Source of the DNA: a virus
DNA length: 64,000 nt
UHGV virus genome: UHGV-0070660
Strand: one strand, 5' to 3'
Made by a program: the position numbers and the translations under genes. Positions 10,387-23,515 of the stretch are shown here, in pieces. Position 1 is the first letter of the stretch, and each line of letters begins with the position of its first letter. The notes beneath the pieces are model-generated. The model ran no database searches. It was not told the DNA's origin and saw nothing but the letters and a program-made list of their open reading frames with translations.

Positions 10387-10944
10387 ATGAAGGGAAAAAC
10401 AGCCGCAGGAGGCGGTGCAATTTGCGCTATCGCGGTGATGATTACCATCGTGATGGGTAATGGCAATGTGCGAACCAACCAGGCGGGGCTTGAGCTGATT
10501 GGTAACGCTGAAGGTTGCCGACGTGATCCATACATGTGCCCGGCAGGGGTATGGACTGACGGGATCGGTAATACACACGGGGTAACGCCGGGTGTGCGAA
10601 AAACAGACCAGCAAATCGCCGCTGATTGGGAAAAGAATATCCTGATCGCTGAACGCTGTATTAATCAGCACTTCCGGGGCAAAGACATGCCCGATAATGC
10701 CTTCAGTGCAATGACAAGCGCGGCATTCAATATGGGATGCAATAGTTTACGGACCTACTACAGCAAAGCGCGAGGCATGCGAGTAGAAACGTCCATCCAC
10801 AAGTGGGCGCAGAAAGGGGAGTGGGTGAATATGTGTAACCATCTCCCTGATTTCGTGAACAGTAACGGCGTGCCCCTGCGAGGTTTAAAGATTCGCCGTG
10901 AAAAAGAACGCCAGCTTTGCCTGACGGGGCTGGTCAATGAATAA
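10387..10944 (+). CDS. lyz: SAR endolysin (T4-lysozyme-like)
   Basis: 185 aa from MKGKTAAGGGAICAIAVMITIV (signal-anchor-release segment), catalytic E...D/C...T region ELIGNAEGCRRDPYMCPAGVWTDGIGNTHG. Confidence 0.85.
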   Translation: MKGKTAAGGGAICAIAVMITIVMGNGNVRTNQAGLELIGNAEGCRRDPYMCPAGVWTDGIGNTHGVTPGVRKTDQQIAADWEKNILIAERCINQHFRGKDMPDNAFSAMTSAAFNMGCNSLRTYYSKARGMRVETSIHKWAQKGEWVNMCNHLPDFVNSNGVPLRGLKIRREKERQLCLTGLVNE

Positions 10945-11191
10945 ACTCCGGCAGCTCCGCCGACTTTCGACAATGAAGTTATCGCTGGCGGCGATAGTTT
11001 TCGACTCGATTTTCATGGCGGTATATGTGCTCAATGAGACGTGGCCACTGGAACCGCTATTGTATGCTGGGCTTCGGCTGTGCCTGACATTTTTGAGCAT
11101 GGCTGCAAGATTGATGCAGCAGAAAGAAACCGCTTCAGATTGTCCACGCCGCGCGGTGCGCAAATATATGGCACGCAGGCGAAGGCGATAA
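10937..11191 (+). CDS. small membrane protein, possible lysis accessory
   Basis: 84 aa, TM segment, Arg-rich C-terminus, start overlaps lyz stop. Confidence 0.35.
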   Translation: MNKLRQLRRLSTMKLSLAAIVFDSIFMAVYVLNETWPLEPLLYAGLRLCLTFLSMAARLMQQKETASDCPRRAVRKYMARRRRR

Positions 11192-11202
11192 TAGTTAACG
11201 AG

Positions 11203-11231
11203 AACCCCGGCATCCGCCGGGGTTATTTTTG
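11203..11231. terminator. rho-independent terminator
   Basis: AACCCCGGC-loop-GCCGGGGTT followed by ATTTTT. Confidence 0.75.
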
Positions 11232-11235
11232 GTGG

Positions 11236-13966
<2,731 letters not shown>

Positions 13967-13984
13967 TTAATTAGAATAATTCGC

Positions 13985-14021
13985 ATCGTGTTTGAACGGA
14001 ATTTAACACTAGTCACTTGTT
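13985..14021 (-). promoter_or_regulatory. putative late promoter for prt-pro
   Basis: minus strand AACAAGTGACTAGTG followed by TTAAAT -10-like hexamer, about 30 nt upstream of prt start. Confidence 0.45.
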
Positions 14022-14032
14022 AAGGATTACCA

Positions 14033-17000
14033 ATGAACAAGCTATCTATAGGGGTGTTTCGCTGTTCAAGTGTCAGCGAAATATTGAAATACATTAGGGC
14101 AATAACATCTCACCGAGCGCCGATTAGATACGGCGTGGAAAAGGTGGAAGGCAAAAGCTATGACCGACTACGCCGGGAGGCGAATCAGAAGGCGATAGAT
14201 TTGCTTAATTCGCTGGTGGACGGCGCGACACTGACAGATGAACAGCGCCAGATCCTGGCTGGGTACACCGGCGAAGGCGGCATTGGCGGGTCCGTCTCCG
14301 AATATTACACACCAAAGCCGATCGCTGAAGGTGTCTGGGAGATCATGAAGCTCTACGGCGCGGACGTAGGTAACACTCTGGAACCATCGGCGGGAACCGG
14401 CGTTTTTAATGAGACAAAACCGGTTGGTACGGTGATGACCGCGACTGAGATCAGCAGTGTTTCCGGTCGTATAAACCAGCTGTTGCACCCGGAAGACAGC
14501 GTACAGATTTCTCCGTTCGAACAACTGGCTGTAAGCACGCCTAACGATTCATTCGACCATGTTGTGGGTAACGTTCCGTTCGGTGGTCGTGATAACACAC
14601 GCAACATCGATAAGCCTTACGCAGAAGAAACGGACATGGGTTCTTACTTCATGCTCCGCATGCTGGACAAGATAAAGCCAGGCGGATTCATGTGCGTGAT
14701 TGTGCCGCCGTCCATTGTTTCAGGTTCAAACATGAAGCGGTTACGCCTGCGCCTATCACGGAAAGCTGAATTTCTTGGTGCCCACCGCTTGCCTACCGGT
14801 ACTTTTGACGCTAACGGGACCAGTACGGTCGTAGATGTGGTGCTGATGCGCAAACATCCGGCAGAGATGGCTGAGAAAATCCCCCTGGTGGATGAAAGCA
14901 CTCTCGAATCGGCAAATGTGCTTTGGTCAACGTTTATTTCTGGCAAGTGGTTTGAAAAGGATGGCCGCCGGTTTGTTCATGGCACCCAGGAAAAGGGCTT
15001 CCAGGGGCGTATTGAGGTTCGTGCCGACGGTCAGATTGATAACCAGGCTCTTAAAGCGAAGCTGATTCATCGTTTCGAAAGCCGTATCGACTGGTCTTTG
15101 CTCGATATGGCTGAACCGTCACCGACCGCAGACGTTGTTGGTGAAGGGGAAATGCGCCTGATTAATGGCGTATGGCAAAAATATGCTGGTGGTCGCTGGA
15201 TTGAAGCTGATGCAGGGAAGGAACTTAAGATCGATGCTGCCAGTTATGGCGCGGATAGCTGGGAGGCTCTTCAGCGTAACCTGACTACAACAGAAGGCCG
15301 TCTCGGCATGACATTTACCCAGATGGCAAATGTCCGCGATAAGTACACCACATCAATCAGCGACGATATGGTGCAGCTGGTGGACTGGATTAACAGCCAG
15401 CCTGAAAAATACCGTGAACGCTTGTATCGCGGGGCGATGATTGGCCGGATGTTAATTGAATATCAGGACATGAAGGCCGCCGGGCATAGTGCTGAACAAA
15501 TCGAACAGCAGCGCCTTTCTCTGGTATCCCGTTTGCAGGCAGAGATTGACCGTTTTGGTAACCCCGGTCGCGGTCCGATAGCGAAATTATCGGGGAGCGG
15601 TGCGCGCGCCTGGTTTGCTTTCCGTGGTGCAATTAAGCTGGATGGCACTATTTCTGACGAGCTGACAGGAAAACTGGTTACGCATGATTCCAGCGCCAGT
15701 TATGACTCCACCAGCTATCAGGACACCCTGCGTTATCTCTACAGTGATCTCACTCGCGATCCAATCCAGCTCGATGATTTCCGCCTTGCGTTTACCGGCG
15801 AACTGCCAGCCAGTGATGAAGAGTTGCTTAATTTATTGGCCAGCACCCCTGGTATTGCGGTTTCACCGTATGGCGGGATTGTTCCGTTCGCCCGCGCCAC
15901 CAGCGGCGACATTAACGAGATAGTGGCTCCAAAACAGGAATTCCTCGCCACGCTCCCCGACGGTCCAGTAAAGAACAACGTCCTTAATCAGCTGGCAGCG
16001 ATCGAAGAGAAGCGCATCAAGACGCCAGCAGAGAATATCCGGTTTAAGCTCAATAGCCGTTGGTTCGACCGTTCCGTCATTCTGGAATTTTTGCAGGAAG
16101 ACGGCTATCCGGATCTGCGCTATGTGCAGTCAGTGCAGCTTGAAGGCGACGAAATGGTTTCTGACACCTATCACGGTGGTGATGGTCTGTTCGTCGGGCA
16201 CCGATACGGTGTCGTCCAGCGCAAGGATAAAGAAACAGGCGAGATCCGCTACGAGTGGGACCGTAAATCAGGTGAAAACGCGACCGGGTTCCCGGCACAG
16301 CTGGAAAAGTATCTCAATGGTGCGCGTATCGGTGGCAAAGATAGCGCGACGGCGAACGGCTACCGCGAGCAGATGGCACTGCTTGAGGACCAGTTCAATA
16401 AGTGGATCAAGACGCACGATCGCTACGATGAGCTGGTTGCCAAATACAACGATGTTTTCAATAGCAATATCCCGTATGAACACTCTGGCGATCCGCTTGG
16501 GTTGAAGGGATTAAGCGGTAAGCGACAGCCATTTGATTACCAGAATAGCGAGGTGCGCCGACTGTCCGAAGATGGGCGCGGCATCCTGGGCTTCGGTACC
16601 GGGCTGGGTAAAACCACGACCGCGCTGGCGCTTGAGGCGTTCAACTATGAGAACGGTCGTTCCACCCGTACTGCGTATGTAGTGCCTAAATCAGTGCTGG
16701 AAAACTGGTATTACGAAGCAAAAGAGTTTCTGAGTGAAGAGGCATTCAGTAACTACCTGTTCGTCGGTCTTGATGTGCTGATGGATGGCGATCAGATTCG
16801 CCAGGTGCCGGTGCTCGATGAGAACGGTAAACCTGTCGTTGGTGCAGATGGCACTCCCGTTATGCGCGATGCCCTTAAGCTGGCAGATGAAGCCACTATC
16901 ACGGCGCGGATGAACGCGATCCCGCACTCAAACTACCGTGCAGTCGTGTTTACCAAAGAACAATACGCCCGCATTCCGCTACGTGATGACACCGTAGATG

Positions 17001-20000
17001 AGCATGCACAAGACATGCTTTATGACTTCGTTGCTGCCGGGCGTGTGGCCAGCGCAATGGACTCCGATTCCCATCGCAAAGAGGCGGCGCGTCGCCGGGT
17101 ATTGTCGGAGTATTCAGATACCGGTACCGAAAAAGCAGAGAAGTATCCGTACTTTGAGGATATGGGCTTCGACAGCGTGATTGCTGACGAAGGCCACAAC
17201 TACCGCAATAGCTATAAAAATGGTCGCGAAGCGTCACAGCTGGCCTATCTGCCCACCAGCGCGGTGGCGCAATCGGCGCGAGATATGGCAATCAAAAACG
17301 CGTACCTGATGAAAAAGAATGGTGGGCGTGGACCGGTTCTCCTGACTGCAACGCCAGTCGTTAACACCCCGATCGATGCATACAACATGCTTTCTCATGT
17401 TCTGCCGAAGGAATACTGGCAGAAGATGGGGATCTACGGTCCTGATGACTTCGTTAAATTCTTCGGCAAGACCAGGCTGGAAACGGTACAGAAAATCAGC
17501 GGTGAAGTTGAAGAAAAAATGGCGCTGGTGGGCTTTGAAAACCTTGATGCGCTGCGCGGCATATTCCATCGCTGGACAACGCTTAAAACGGCGGAAGACG
17601 TTAAGGATACCGTGGAGATCCCGGAACTGGACGAACACCAGCAGGATGCACCACTTACTGAAGAACAACTGGCGGCGTATGAAGAATTGCGTCAACAGGC
17701 GGAAGCGGCAGCAAAAGCCAACAATGGCGTAACGACCTCGGTTAATGAAGACGGCGTGATTGAGCACGAGAAAGCCCGTCCGATCTTCTCAATAATCAGG
17801 GATATGGACCGCGTATGTACTGACATGGACCTGTACTATCGCCGGATCACCTATCGTTTCCTGCCGGAGTACGCCGATGCGGTGCAGCAGCTGGCGGACA
17901 GTTTGCCTAAACAAGCCACCAGCGAAGACGACGACAGTGATGATTCAATCACGCAGCAATCGCAATACTCCCTGATAGATAAGGGCGAGTTTATTCAGTT
18001 GCAGGTTCCGGAAGCGTTCGAGCAGGAAGTGAATAAGCGCCTGGCCAAGTTTGGCATTGACGAACAGACCGTAACTCACCCCGTTACGCCCAAATACGTG
18101 AAGCTGATCGCCACGCTGAAGGAGTTTTTCCCGGAAGGTAAGCAAATCATCTTCACGGACGAAAAAACGCAGCACCAGAAGCTCAAGCGCATTATCTGCA
18201 ATGCTCTTAACCTTGAACCTTCAAAGGTGGGGATCCTGAATGCTCAGACGGTTGCCGAGGCAGGTAAAACCGGTAAGAAACTGAAAGCGGTTAAACCGCC
18301 GAAAGAGTTACCGGATGAACCAACAGATGCACAGATAGCGAAATACAACGAGCAAATGGCTCTGTATGACGCCTATATCGCGCAGCAGAATGAAATGTCG
18401 TTGGGCGGTCTGGAAAAGATTGCAGCCGACTTCCAGGAGGGCCGGACTCCGATCATCATCTGCAACAAAAAGGCAGAGGTGGGTATCAACCTGCATCGAG
18501 GAACGACTGACATCCATCATCTGACGTTGCCATGGACACCAGCCAGTATCGCACAGCGTAACGGTCGCGGTGCCCGAGTTGGCTCCAACCGTGCAAGCGT
18601 TCGCGTTCACTACTACTGCGGCAAGGGTTCTTTCGATGAATACCGACTGAAGACGCTGAAGCGTAAAGCAGGCTGGATCTCCGATATCCTCCGTTCAGAT
18701 AAGTCAGAAATGGAGAACGCCGACGCCAACGATATGATCGAAATGCAGATGTATACCGCTAAGGATGATGGCGAACGTCTGGCAATGATGCAGGTTCAAA
18801 TGGATAAGGCGAAAGCCGCGCAACGCGCTCGCCAGAAAGAACAGGCTACTATCGACCTTCAGAACTACATCAAGGCGCAGCACGCAGCTGGCGAGGATGT
18901 GGAGGTACTTACCGCTGAATTAGAGCGAAGCAAAGCGGAACTTGAAAAGACCACCGCCGAGGTAGCTAAATTCAAACAGGCGGTAATGGCCAAAGCAGCT
19001 GATAACGCAGACTGGAAAGCCCGCTGGGGTAGCGTCCATCACACAGACCGTACGTTGTTAGCACAGTATCGCGCGTCGTTGAAAAGCGCCATTCAGCGCA
19101 AGGCTAATATCTCTCAAGCCATCTCCCGCTATGAGAAATTATTGAACCGTACTCAGAAGGCCGCGACGGATATCAAACGCCTGCGCCCGCTGGTGGAGGA
19201 TGCAATAAATAAAGGCATTCTGGATGTTGATCCTGACCTGGTTAACCATGCGAGTGAGTTCCTTGTTATCGGCGATCGCTCATGGCGTGTAGGCCAATAC
19301 TACGATTGTGCCGGTGATATCGTTCGCATTAAGTCGCTGGACTTCGACAGCCAGCGCGCAGACGTGGAGATTATCTTTACCTTCAAAGGTACCAAATCGG
19401 GTAACTGGGATGTGAAGACGCTGGATAAACAGGTTGATGTAACTCCCGATGAAGATGCTGTTATGCAGAAAATCAGTGGTGGCGTCTCCATCGCCGGGAT
19501 TAACGACATCATTTCCTGTGACGATTTCTACCGTTTCCAGCAGCGCGGCATGATCAAAATCACTGACTCATACGGCGTTCAGACTACAGAGTCAGGCTAT
19601 AGCATCGATTTTGTTGGTACCTATTCGGACCCACTGAAGCATGCGGTTTACCCGGATCGCCGTGACGGCGCGCTGAAGTCGTCAATTGCAAAATGGGTGC
19701 TTGGTATGATGTCGGAAGGGAATAACCGCCAGATCCGTTCGGCAGAAACATTCCTGGTTGAACTGTTTGGCTCCAATTATGGCGATGTAATCGCGTCATA
19801 CGGAGATACGCTATCCCCTGAAGCAATTCAGGAGAAAATAGCGGATGCGATCGCCAGAATGCCGGAAAAAACAAGCCAGGGGGCTACTCGTAACGGGGAT
19901 TCTGAACTTGAAGTCACCAATGCCATTTTCGGTACCAATGAGTTCCGGGCGTCAGATTATGAGATCACCACAGCACAGTTTGGCACCATTGGCATTTACA

Positions 20001-20800
20001 GCAATAAAGACGAGATCAAACAGTCAATGGACGCTGCAAGCGCGCGCATTGCAGCAGAACGCAAAGCCAATCTGAATCATGCAGTTTCCGCGCTGACTCA
20101 ATCGTGGGTAACAGCAATCAGGGAGGCCGCCACCACAGGAAAAATCACACCGGCAATTGCGGATGTCGTAAACGACGGCTCTAAATTTATGGATGCCTAT
20201 AAAATGGATGCGGTGCAGTTGCCATCAGCCTATGGTCAACTCAGCTATCGCATGACCTACAACCTGGTATCAATGTTTTCCGACCTTGCCATCCTTGGGC
20301 TGGTGGATCTTAACGAGGTTACGCCGGAATTGCTCAGCATGCGCAAGAATCATGTGGAGATATTGCAGAGAATTAACACGGTTCTTGCCGGGCGCACCGA
20401 TGAAGAGAAACAGGCCGACGCTGATCGGATAAACCTGGCCCTTGGCAACATCACGGAGGAAGAGATTGCCGCCAGAAACGAGAAACAAGAAGAGTTATCA
20501 TCAATACAGGGTGATGCCACCAGCATAGCTCAGTCTCTTGGTCTGAATTATCGCGTATCCACCGCCGACCTGAAGATGATGTACGCACCAAAATTCGCCG
20601 CTGGCGAGGTATTTGGGCTTCAGGAAGCCTCAGGCATGAAAGGCGTTCTTTTCCGTGCGAAAGACGCAATCAAGGCGAAATTCGGCGCTCGCTGGCTGCC
20701 AGCGAAGGCGAAGAACAGCGATTTCCCGGGTAACTGGTGGATTATCGAGACAAAACACAACGTGGCGGACGTTCTGGCCGTCATCCAACAATACGCATAA
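14033..20800 (+). CDS. darB: DarB antirestriction protein (N6-adenine methyltransferase plus helicase domains)
   Basis: 2255 aa; GNVPFGG MTase motif IV-like; Walker A GFGTGLGKTTT and DEGHNYRN helicase motifs; size matches P1 DarB. Confidence 0.85.
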   Translation: MNKLSIGVFRCSSVSEILKYIRAITSHRAPIRYGVEKVEGKSYDRLRREANQKAIDLLNSLVDGATLTDEQRQILAGYTGEGGIGGSVSEYYTPKPIAEGVWEIMKLYGADVGNTLEPSAGTGVFNETKPVGTVMTATEISSVSGRINQLLHPEDSVQISPFEQLAVSTPNDSFDHVVGNVPFGGRDNTRNIDKPYAEETDMGSYFMLRMLDKIKPGGFMCVIVPPSIVSGSNMKRLRLRLSRKAEFLGAHRLPTGTFDANGTSTVVDVVLMRKHPAEMAEKIPLVDESTLESANVLWSTFISGKWFEKDGRRFVHGTQEKGFQGRIEVRADGQIDNQALKAKLIHRFESRIDWSLLDMAEPSPTADVVGEGEMRLINGVWQKYAGGRWIEADAGKELKIDAASYGADSWEALQRNLTTTEGRLGMTFTQMANVRDKYTTSISDDMVQLVDWINSQPEKYRERLYRGAMIGRMLIEYQDMKAAGHSAEQIEQQRLSLVSRLQAEIDRFGNPGRGPIAKLSGSGARAWFAFRGAIKLDGTISDELTGKLVTHDSSASYDSTSYQDTLRYLYSDLTRDPIQLDDFRLAFTGELPASDEELLNLLASTPGIAVSPYGGIVPFARATSGDINEIVAPKQEFLATLPDGPVKNNVLNQLAAIEEKRIKTPAENIRFKLNSRWFDRSVILEFLQEDGYPDLRYVQSVQLEGDEMVSDTYHGGDGLFVGHRYGVVQRKDKETGEIRYEWDRKSGENATGFPAQLEKYLNGARIGGKDSATANGYREQMALLEDQFNKWIKTHDRYDELVAKYNDVFNSNIPYEHSGDPLGLKGLSGKRQPFDYQNSEVRRLSEDGRGILGFGTGLGKTTTALALEAFNYENGRSTRTAYVVPKSVLENWYYEAKEFLSEEAFSNYLFVGLDVLMDGDQIRQVPVLDENGKPVVGADGTPVMRDALKLADEATITARMNAIPHSNYRAVVFTKEQYARIPLRDDTVDEHAQDMLYDFVAAGRVASAMDSDSHRKEAARRRVLSEYSDTGTEKAEKYPYFEDMGFDSVIADEGHNYRNSYKNGREASQLAYLPTSAVAQSARDMAIKNAYLMKKNGGRGPVLLTATPVVNTPIDAYNMLSHVLPKEYWQKMGIYGPDDFVKFFGKTRLETVQKISGEVEEKMALVGFENLDALRGIFHRWTTLKTAEDVKDTVEIPELDEHQQDAPLTEEQLAAYEELRQQAEAAAKANNGVTTSVNEDGVIEHEKARPIFSIIRDMDRVCTDMDLYYRRITYRFLPEYADAVQQLADSLPKQATSEDDDSDDSITQQSQYSLIDKGEFIQLQVPEAFEQEVNKRLAKFGIDEQTVTHPVTPKYVKLIATLKEFFPEGKQIIFTDEKTQHQKLKRIICNALNLEPSKVGILNAQTVAEAGKTGKKLKAVKPPKELPDEPTDAQIAKYNEQMALYDAYIAQQNEMSLGGLEKIAADFQEGRTPIIICNKKAEVGINLHRGTTDIHHLTLPWTPASIAQRNGRGARVGSNRASVRVHYYCGKGSFDEYRLKTLKRKAGWISDILRSDKSEMENADANDMIEMQMYTAKDDGERLAMMQVQMDKAKAAQRARQKEQATIDLQNYIKAQHAAGEDVEVLTAELERSKAELEKTTAEVAKFKQAVMAKAADNADWKARWGSVHHTDRTLLAQYRASLKSAIQRKANISQAISRYEKLLNRTQKAATDIKRLRPLVEDAINKGILDVDPDLVNHASEFLVIGDRSWRVGQYYDCAGDIVRIKSLDFDSQRADVEIIFTFKGTKSGNWDVKTLDKQVDVTPDEDAVMQKISGGVSIAGINDIISCDDFYRFQQRGMIKITDSYGVQTTESGYSIDFVGTYSDPLKHAVYPDRRDGALKSSIAKWVLGMMSEGNNRQIRSAETFLVELFGSNYGDVIASYGDTLSPEAIQEKIADAIARMPEKTSQGATRNGDSELEVTNAIFGTNEFRASDYEITTAQFGTIGIYSNKDEIKQSMDAASARIAAERKANLNHAVSALTQSWVTAIREAATTGKITPAIADVVNDGSKFMDAYKMDAVQLPSAYGQLSYRMTYNLVSMFSDLAILGLVDLNEVTPELLSMRKNHVEILQRINTVLAGRTDEEKQADADRINLALGNITEEEIAARNEKQEELSSIQGDATSIAQSLGLNYRVSTADLKMMYAPKFAAGEVFGLQEASGMKGVLFRAKDAIKAKFGARWLPAKAKNSDFPGNWWIIETKHNVADVLAVIQQYA

Positions 20801-20833
20801 CAGGAGCGCCCGGTTCGCCGGGCGTCGCATAAT

Positions 20834-21274
20834 ATGGCCACACTATCTGATACAATAAAACCGAATAAAACATATCTTGAGGCGGTACTCCGTACAGCGT
20901 TGTTAGGAAAGACAGAAGACGAATACGTTGATTTCTTCCTGTCAGGGCTACGCGGGCGATTACTGAAAAATCCCCGCCTGTACCGCAGCTATGGCCCATA
21001 CTGGCCGGAAATTAAAAAATTATTACTGGAGCGCGGTTATGGTAATTTCGGTCGTCTCGTTGACCGTGACGTTCGCAAAATTTACCGTTATGACCGCCCG
21101 GCGCTGACGCTCATAGCTGCGACGCTCTACAGCCAGGAGCGTTTTGATAATGGTCAGATATACTCAGCCTGGCATTTACTGCCAGTGCCTGAAGAGGTTG
21201 ACGACCAGGACTATGAGTTTGAGTCTTACGATTTGGAAGTTGAAGCCTTGGCACAGGCTGGAGAGAAAACTTGA
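20834..21274 (+). CDS. ulx: Ulx (upstream of lxc)
   Basis: 146 aa, position between darB and lxc. Confidence 0.45.
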   Translation: MATLSDTIKPNKTYLEAVLRTALLGKTEDEYVDFFLSGLRGRLLKNPRLYRSYGPYWPEIKKLLLERGYGNFGRLVDRDVRKIYRYDRPALTLIAATLYSQERFDNGQIYSAWHLLPVPEEVDDQDYEFESYDLEVEALAQAGEKT

Positions 21275-21519
21275 AGAAGCGATACTACACAGTAAAGCAT
21301 GGGACGCTACGAGCATTGCAAGAGTTTGCTGATAAGCATAACGTTGAGGTGCGCAGGGAAGGGGGAAGTAAAGCTCTGCGCATGTACCGTCCTGACGGAA
21401 AATGGCGGACGGTCGTCGATTTCAAAACTAACAGTGTTCCCCAGGGCGTCCGCGACCGGGCATTCGAAGAATGGGAGCAGATCATCATAGATAACGCATT
21501 GCTTCTGAACGCTGATTAA
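21271..21519 (+). CDS. lxc: Lxc/Bof modulator of C1 repression
   Basis: 82 aa, 4-nt overlap with ulx; size and position match P1 lxc. Confidence 0.55.
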   Translation: MKKRYYTVKHGTLRALQEFADKHNVEVRREGGSKALRMYRPDGKWRTVVDFKTNSVPQGVRDRAFEEWEQIIIDNALLLNAD

Positions 21520-21571
21520 TAATCATTTAAAGCCCATATGATATGGGCTTAAACAACAGGATCGATATACA

Positions 21572-22612
21572 GTGTTAGTTAAATATATAGGCGAGAGTTA
21601 TATGGAAAAACCTTGGCCGGGCATGCACATTAGAACATCTTGTCTGGAGGATGGTTTCTTTAGAGCAACGCAACCAAAGTATCTTAATGATCCGTCGAGT
21701 GAGTCGCGACTTCTTCCATTTTTTAATAAATTTTCACCAGCCGATTACGCATGGGCTAGAAATGAATTTAAGAAAATGCAACGAGATCCATCTTATGTCC
21801 CATCTATACAAGAGTTAGAGTATTATTTAAAACCTTGCGGGAAACGATACGGAGAGGATTTTCCACACTTGTTAATCAATGAAGGTTTTACCTCAATGGA
21901 TTCATATGATGAATCTAAACTCCAAGAAATAGTAACGTACCTTAACGATTATTTAGTAGAAGCCGTAAGCTGTCATCTTGGTGTATTCTCTCTATCAAAA
22001 AGTGATTGCAATCTACACATGTGGACTCATTATGCATCGATAGGAAAGGGGTTTGCTGTAGTTTTCGATGAAACACACGATTTTTTTAAAATATATCGGC
22101 CGTGTGATGTTAGTTATAATCCAGAAGATAGAGCATCTGTAACCTATTATAAAGGCGCTGTGCGATTTAATGGCTATCCTGCGCCATCGAGGAATATAGA
22201 TATAAAGAATAAAGATAATACATTGCATGGGATCTTAAATCGAGATCCAGTTCGCGAGCTTTTTATTAATAGGCTTCTTTATACAAAAGGTGAAGAGTGG
22301 CTTCCTGAAAATGAAAGTAGAATTATTTTTCCATTGGCTGATTGCGAGAGAAAAATAGGAAGCATTGTCTCTCCATCGATTGATGATTGCCTATTGAATG
22401 AGTATCCTGATGTTTTTCATGACTATCATGAAATTAACTTAAAGAAAATTCCTTTTTCTGCATTCAAGCAAATTACCTTAGGGTATAACATGACTGAAAA
22501 AGATAAAAATATAATTTTAGATAAAGTTAGTTCGAATAAAGAATTGTCTCACGTCAACGTATTACAATCAAAACTTGATATATACGGAAAGGTTGTGGTT
22601 AAGCCCATGTAA
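21572..22612 (+). CDS. DUF2971-like protein, AT-rich cargo gene
   Basis: 346 aa (GTG start; first ATG at 21602); motif GVFSLSKSDCNLHMWTHYASIGKGFAVVFDE resembles DUF2971 signature; markedly AT-rich versus backbone. Confidence 0.5.
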   Translation: MLVKYIGESYMEKPWPGMHIRTSCLEDGFFRATQPKYLNDPSSESRLLPFFNKFSPADYAWARNEFKKMQRDPSYVPSIQELEYYLKPCGKRYGEDFPHLLINEGFTSMDSYDESKLQEIVTYLNDYLVEAVSCHLGVFSLSKSDCNLHMWTHYASIGKGFAVVFDETHDFFKIYRPCDVSYNPEDRASVTYYKGAVRFNGYPAPSRNIDIKNKDNTLHGILNRDPVRELFINRLLYTKGEEWLPENESRIIFPLADCERKIGSIVSPSIDDCLLNEYPDVFHDYHEINLKKIPFSAFKQITLGYNMTEKDKNIILDKVSSNKELSHVNVLQSKLDIYGKVVVKPM

Positions 22613-22709
22613 TAATACGCTTATGTCTACACTTCATGATAAATACCTTCCTTAACTTAGGAAGGTTAGTTGTGGGTTTACGCAGAAAGTAACAAATAAC
22701 CTTCGTAGG

Positions 22710-23351
22710 TTATAGAATATTATTCTTTCCGGTGAGTATTCCTTGAGGAACTCTAGCGCATCCCATAATTTGAGTTTTCTTGATGATGTTTATATATGAC
22801 GCTATCAGCGATGAGTCATCACGACTATCCACTTCAGAAGCCATTGCCCTGATGTACTCGGCGCTGGCAACGTTGTTGTATTCCGTCGCAAAGCAACATA
22901 GTAACGTCAGAACATGCTCTGTCGTTATTTCGCTCCAGTTGATGTTGAAAAATTCATCGCCTTTTTTATCGTGTTCGGAATCGAAGATGCTTTGGTGGAG
23001 GATGTATTTGCCGGATTCCTTGCGCGGTAACTTGATCGCTTTCTGGCGTTCCAGCTCCTTGTAAATCTGCATTGCTTCAATCAGTACCGGCCTGCCGTTC
23101 ATGAAGGGATCGCGCAACCTTACACGCTGGCCAACTCGACCAGTAATAAAGCTGTTTTCCTCTTCCACCAGCACGATAAAACCCTTTTCCTCTTTTTCTC
23201 GCAATTCGCGCAGCAGCTGGAGTTCCATATCGCGGCGGCGTTCAGGGTAGCTGGTCCGCTCAGCCATTATCAGCTCGTTATTGATCCATGCAGCAGTCAT
23301 TGACGCCGGTTTGCCGACGCTCATCGAAACAACGCATATTTTCTTATCCAT
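22710..23351 (-). CDS. hypothetical protein, possibly Mat by position
   Basis: 213 aa from ATG 23351 with GGGGG RBS (track ORF extends to 23498); backbone-like GC. Confidence 0.4.
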   Translation of the reverse strand: MDKKICVVSMSVGKPASMTAAWINNELIMAERTSYPERRRDMELQLLRELREKEEKGFIVLVEEENSFITGRVGQRVRLRDPFMNGRPVLIEAMQIYKELERQKAIKLPRKESGKYILHQSIFDSEHDKKGDEFFNINWSEITTEHVLTLLCCFATEYNNVASAEYIRAMASEVDSRDDSSLIASYINIIKKTQIMGCARVPQGILTGKNNIL

Positions 23352-23482
23352 AGCGCCCCCTACAAAAAAGAAAAGCCACCAGCGGCGGCTTAGCAATACA
23401 ACTGAAGGTAGCGCCCGGTACTCAGACTGTGCCGTCCATGGAATATTTGAAAAGGGATCCATCCGTACCGGGCGTGTGATGA

Positions 23483-23515
23483 TTCTGACTGAAGTCACTT
23501 GTCAGTTGTCAATCA
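23483..23515 (-). promoter_or_regulatory. putative late promoter-like element
   Basis: minus strand GACAAGTGACTTCAG box related to boxes at 10278, 14007 and 49014. Confidence 0.3.

Noticed and set aside
16122-17767. several antisense or overlapping ORFs inside darB
   Set aside because: Fully embedded in a 2255-aa gene with clear domain motifs; typical frame noise in a long gene
20805-20830. GC-rich hairpin between darB and ulx as a terminator
   Set aside because: No following T-run; more likely a structure affecting translational coupling than a terminator
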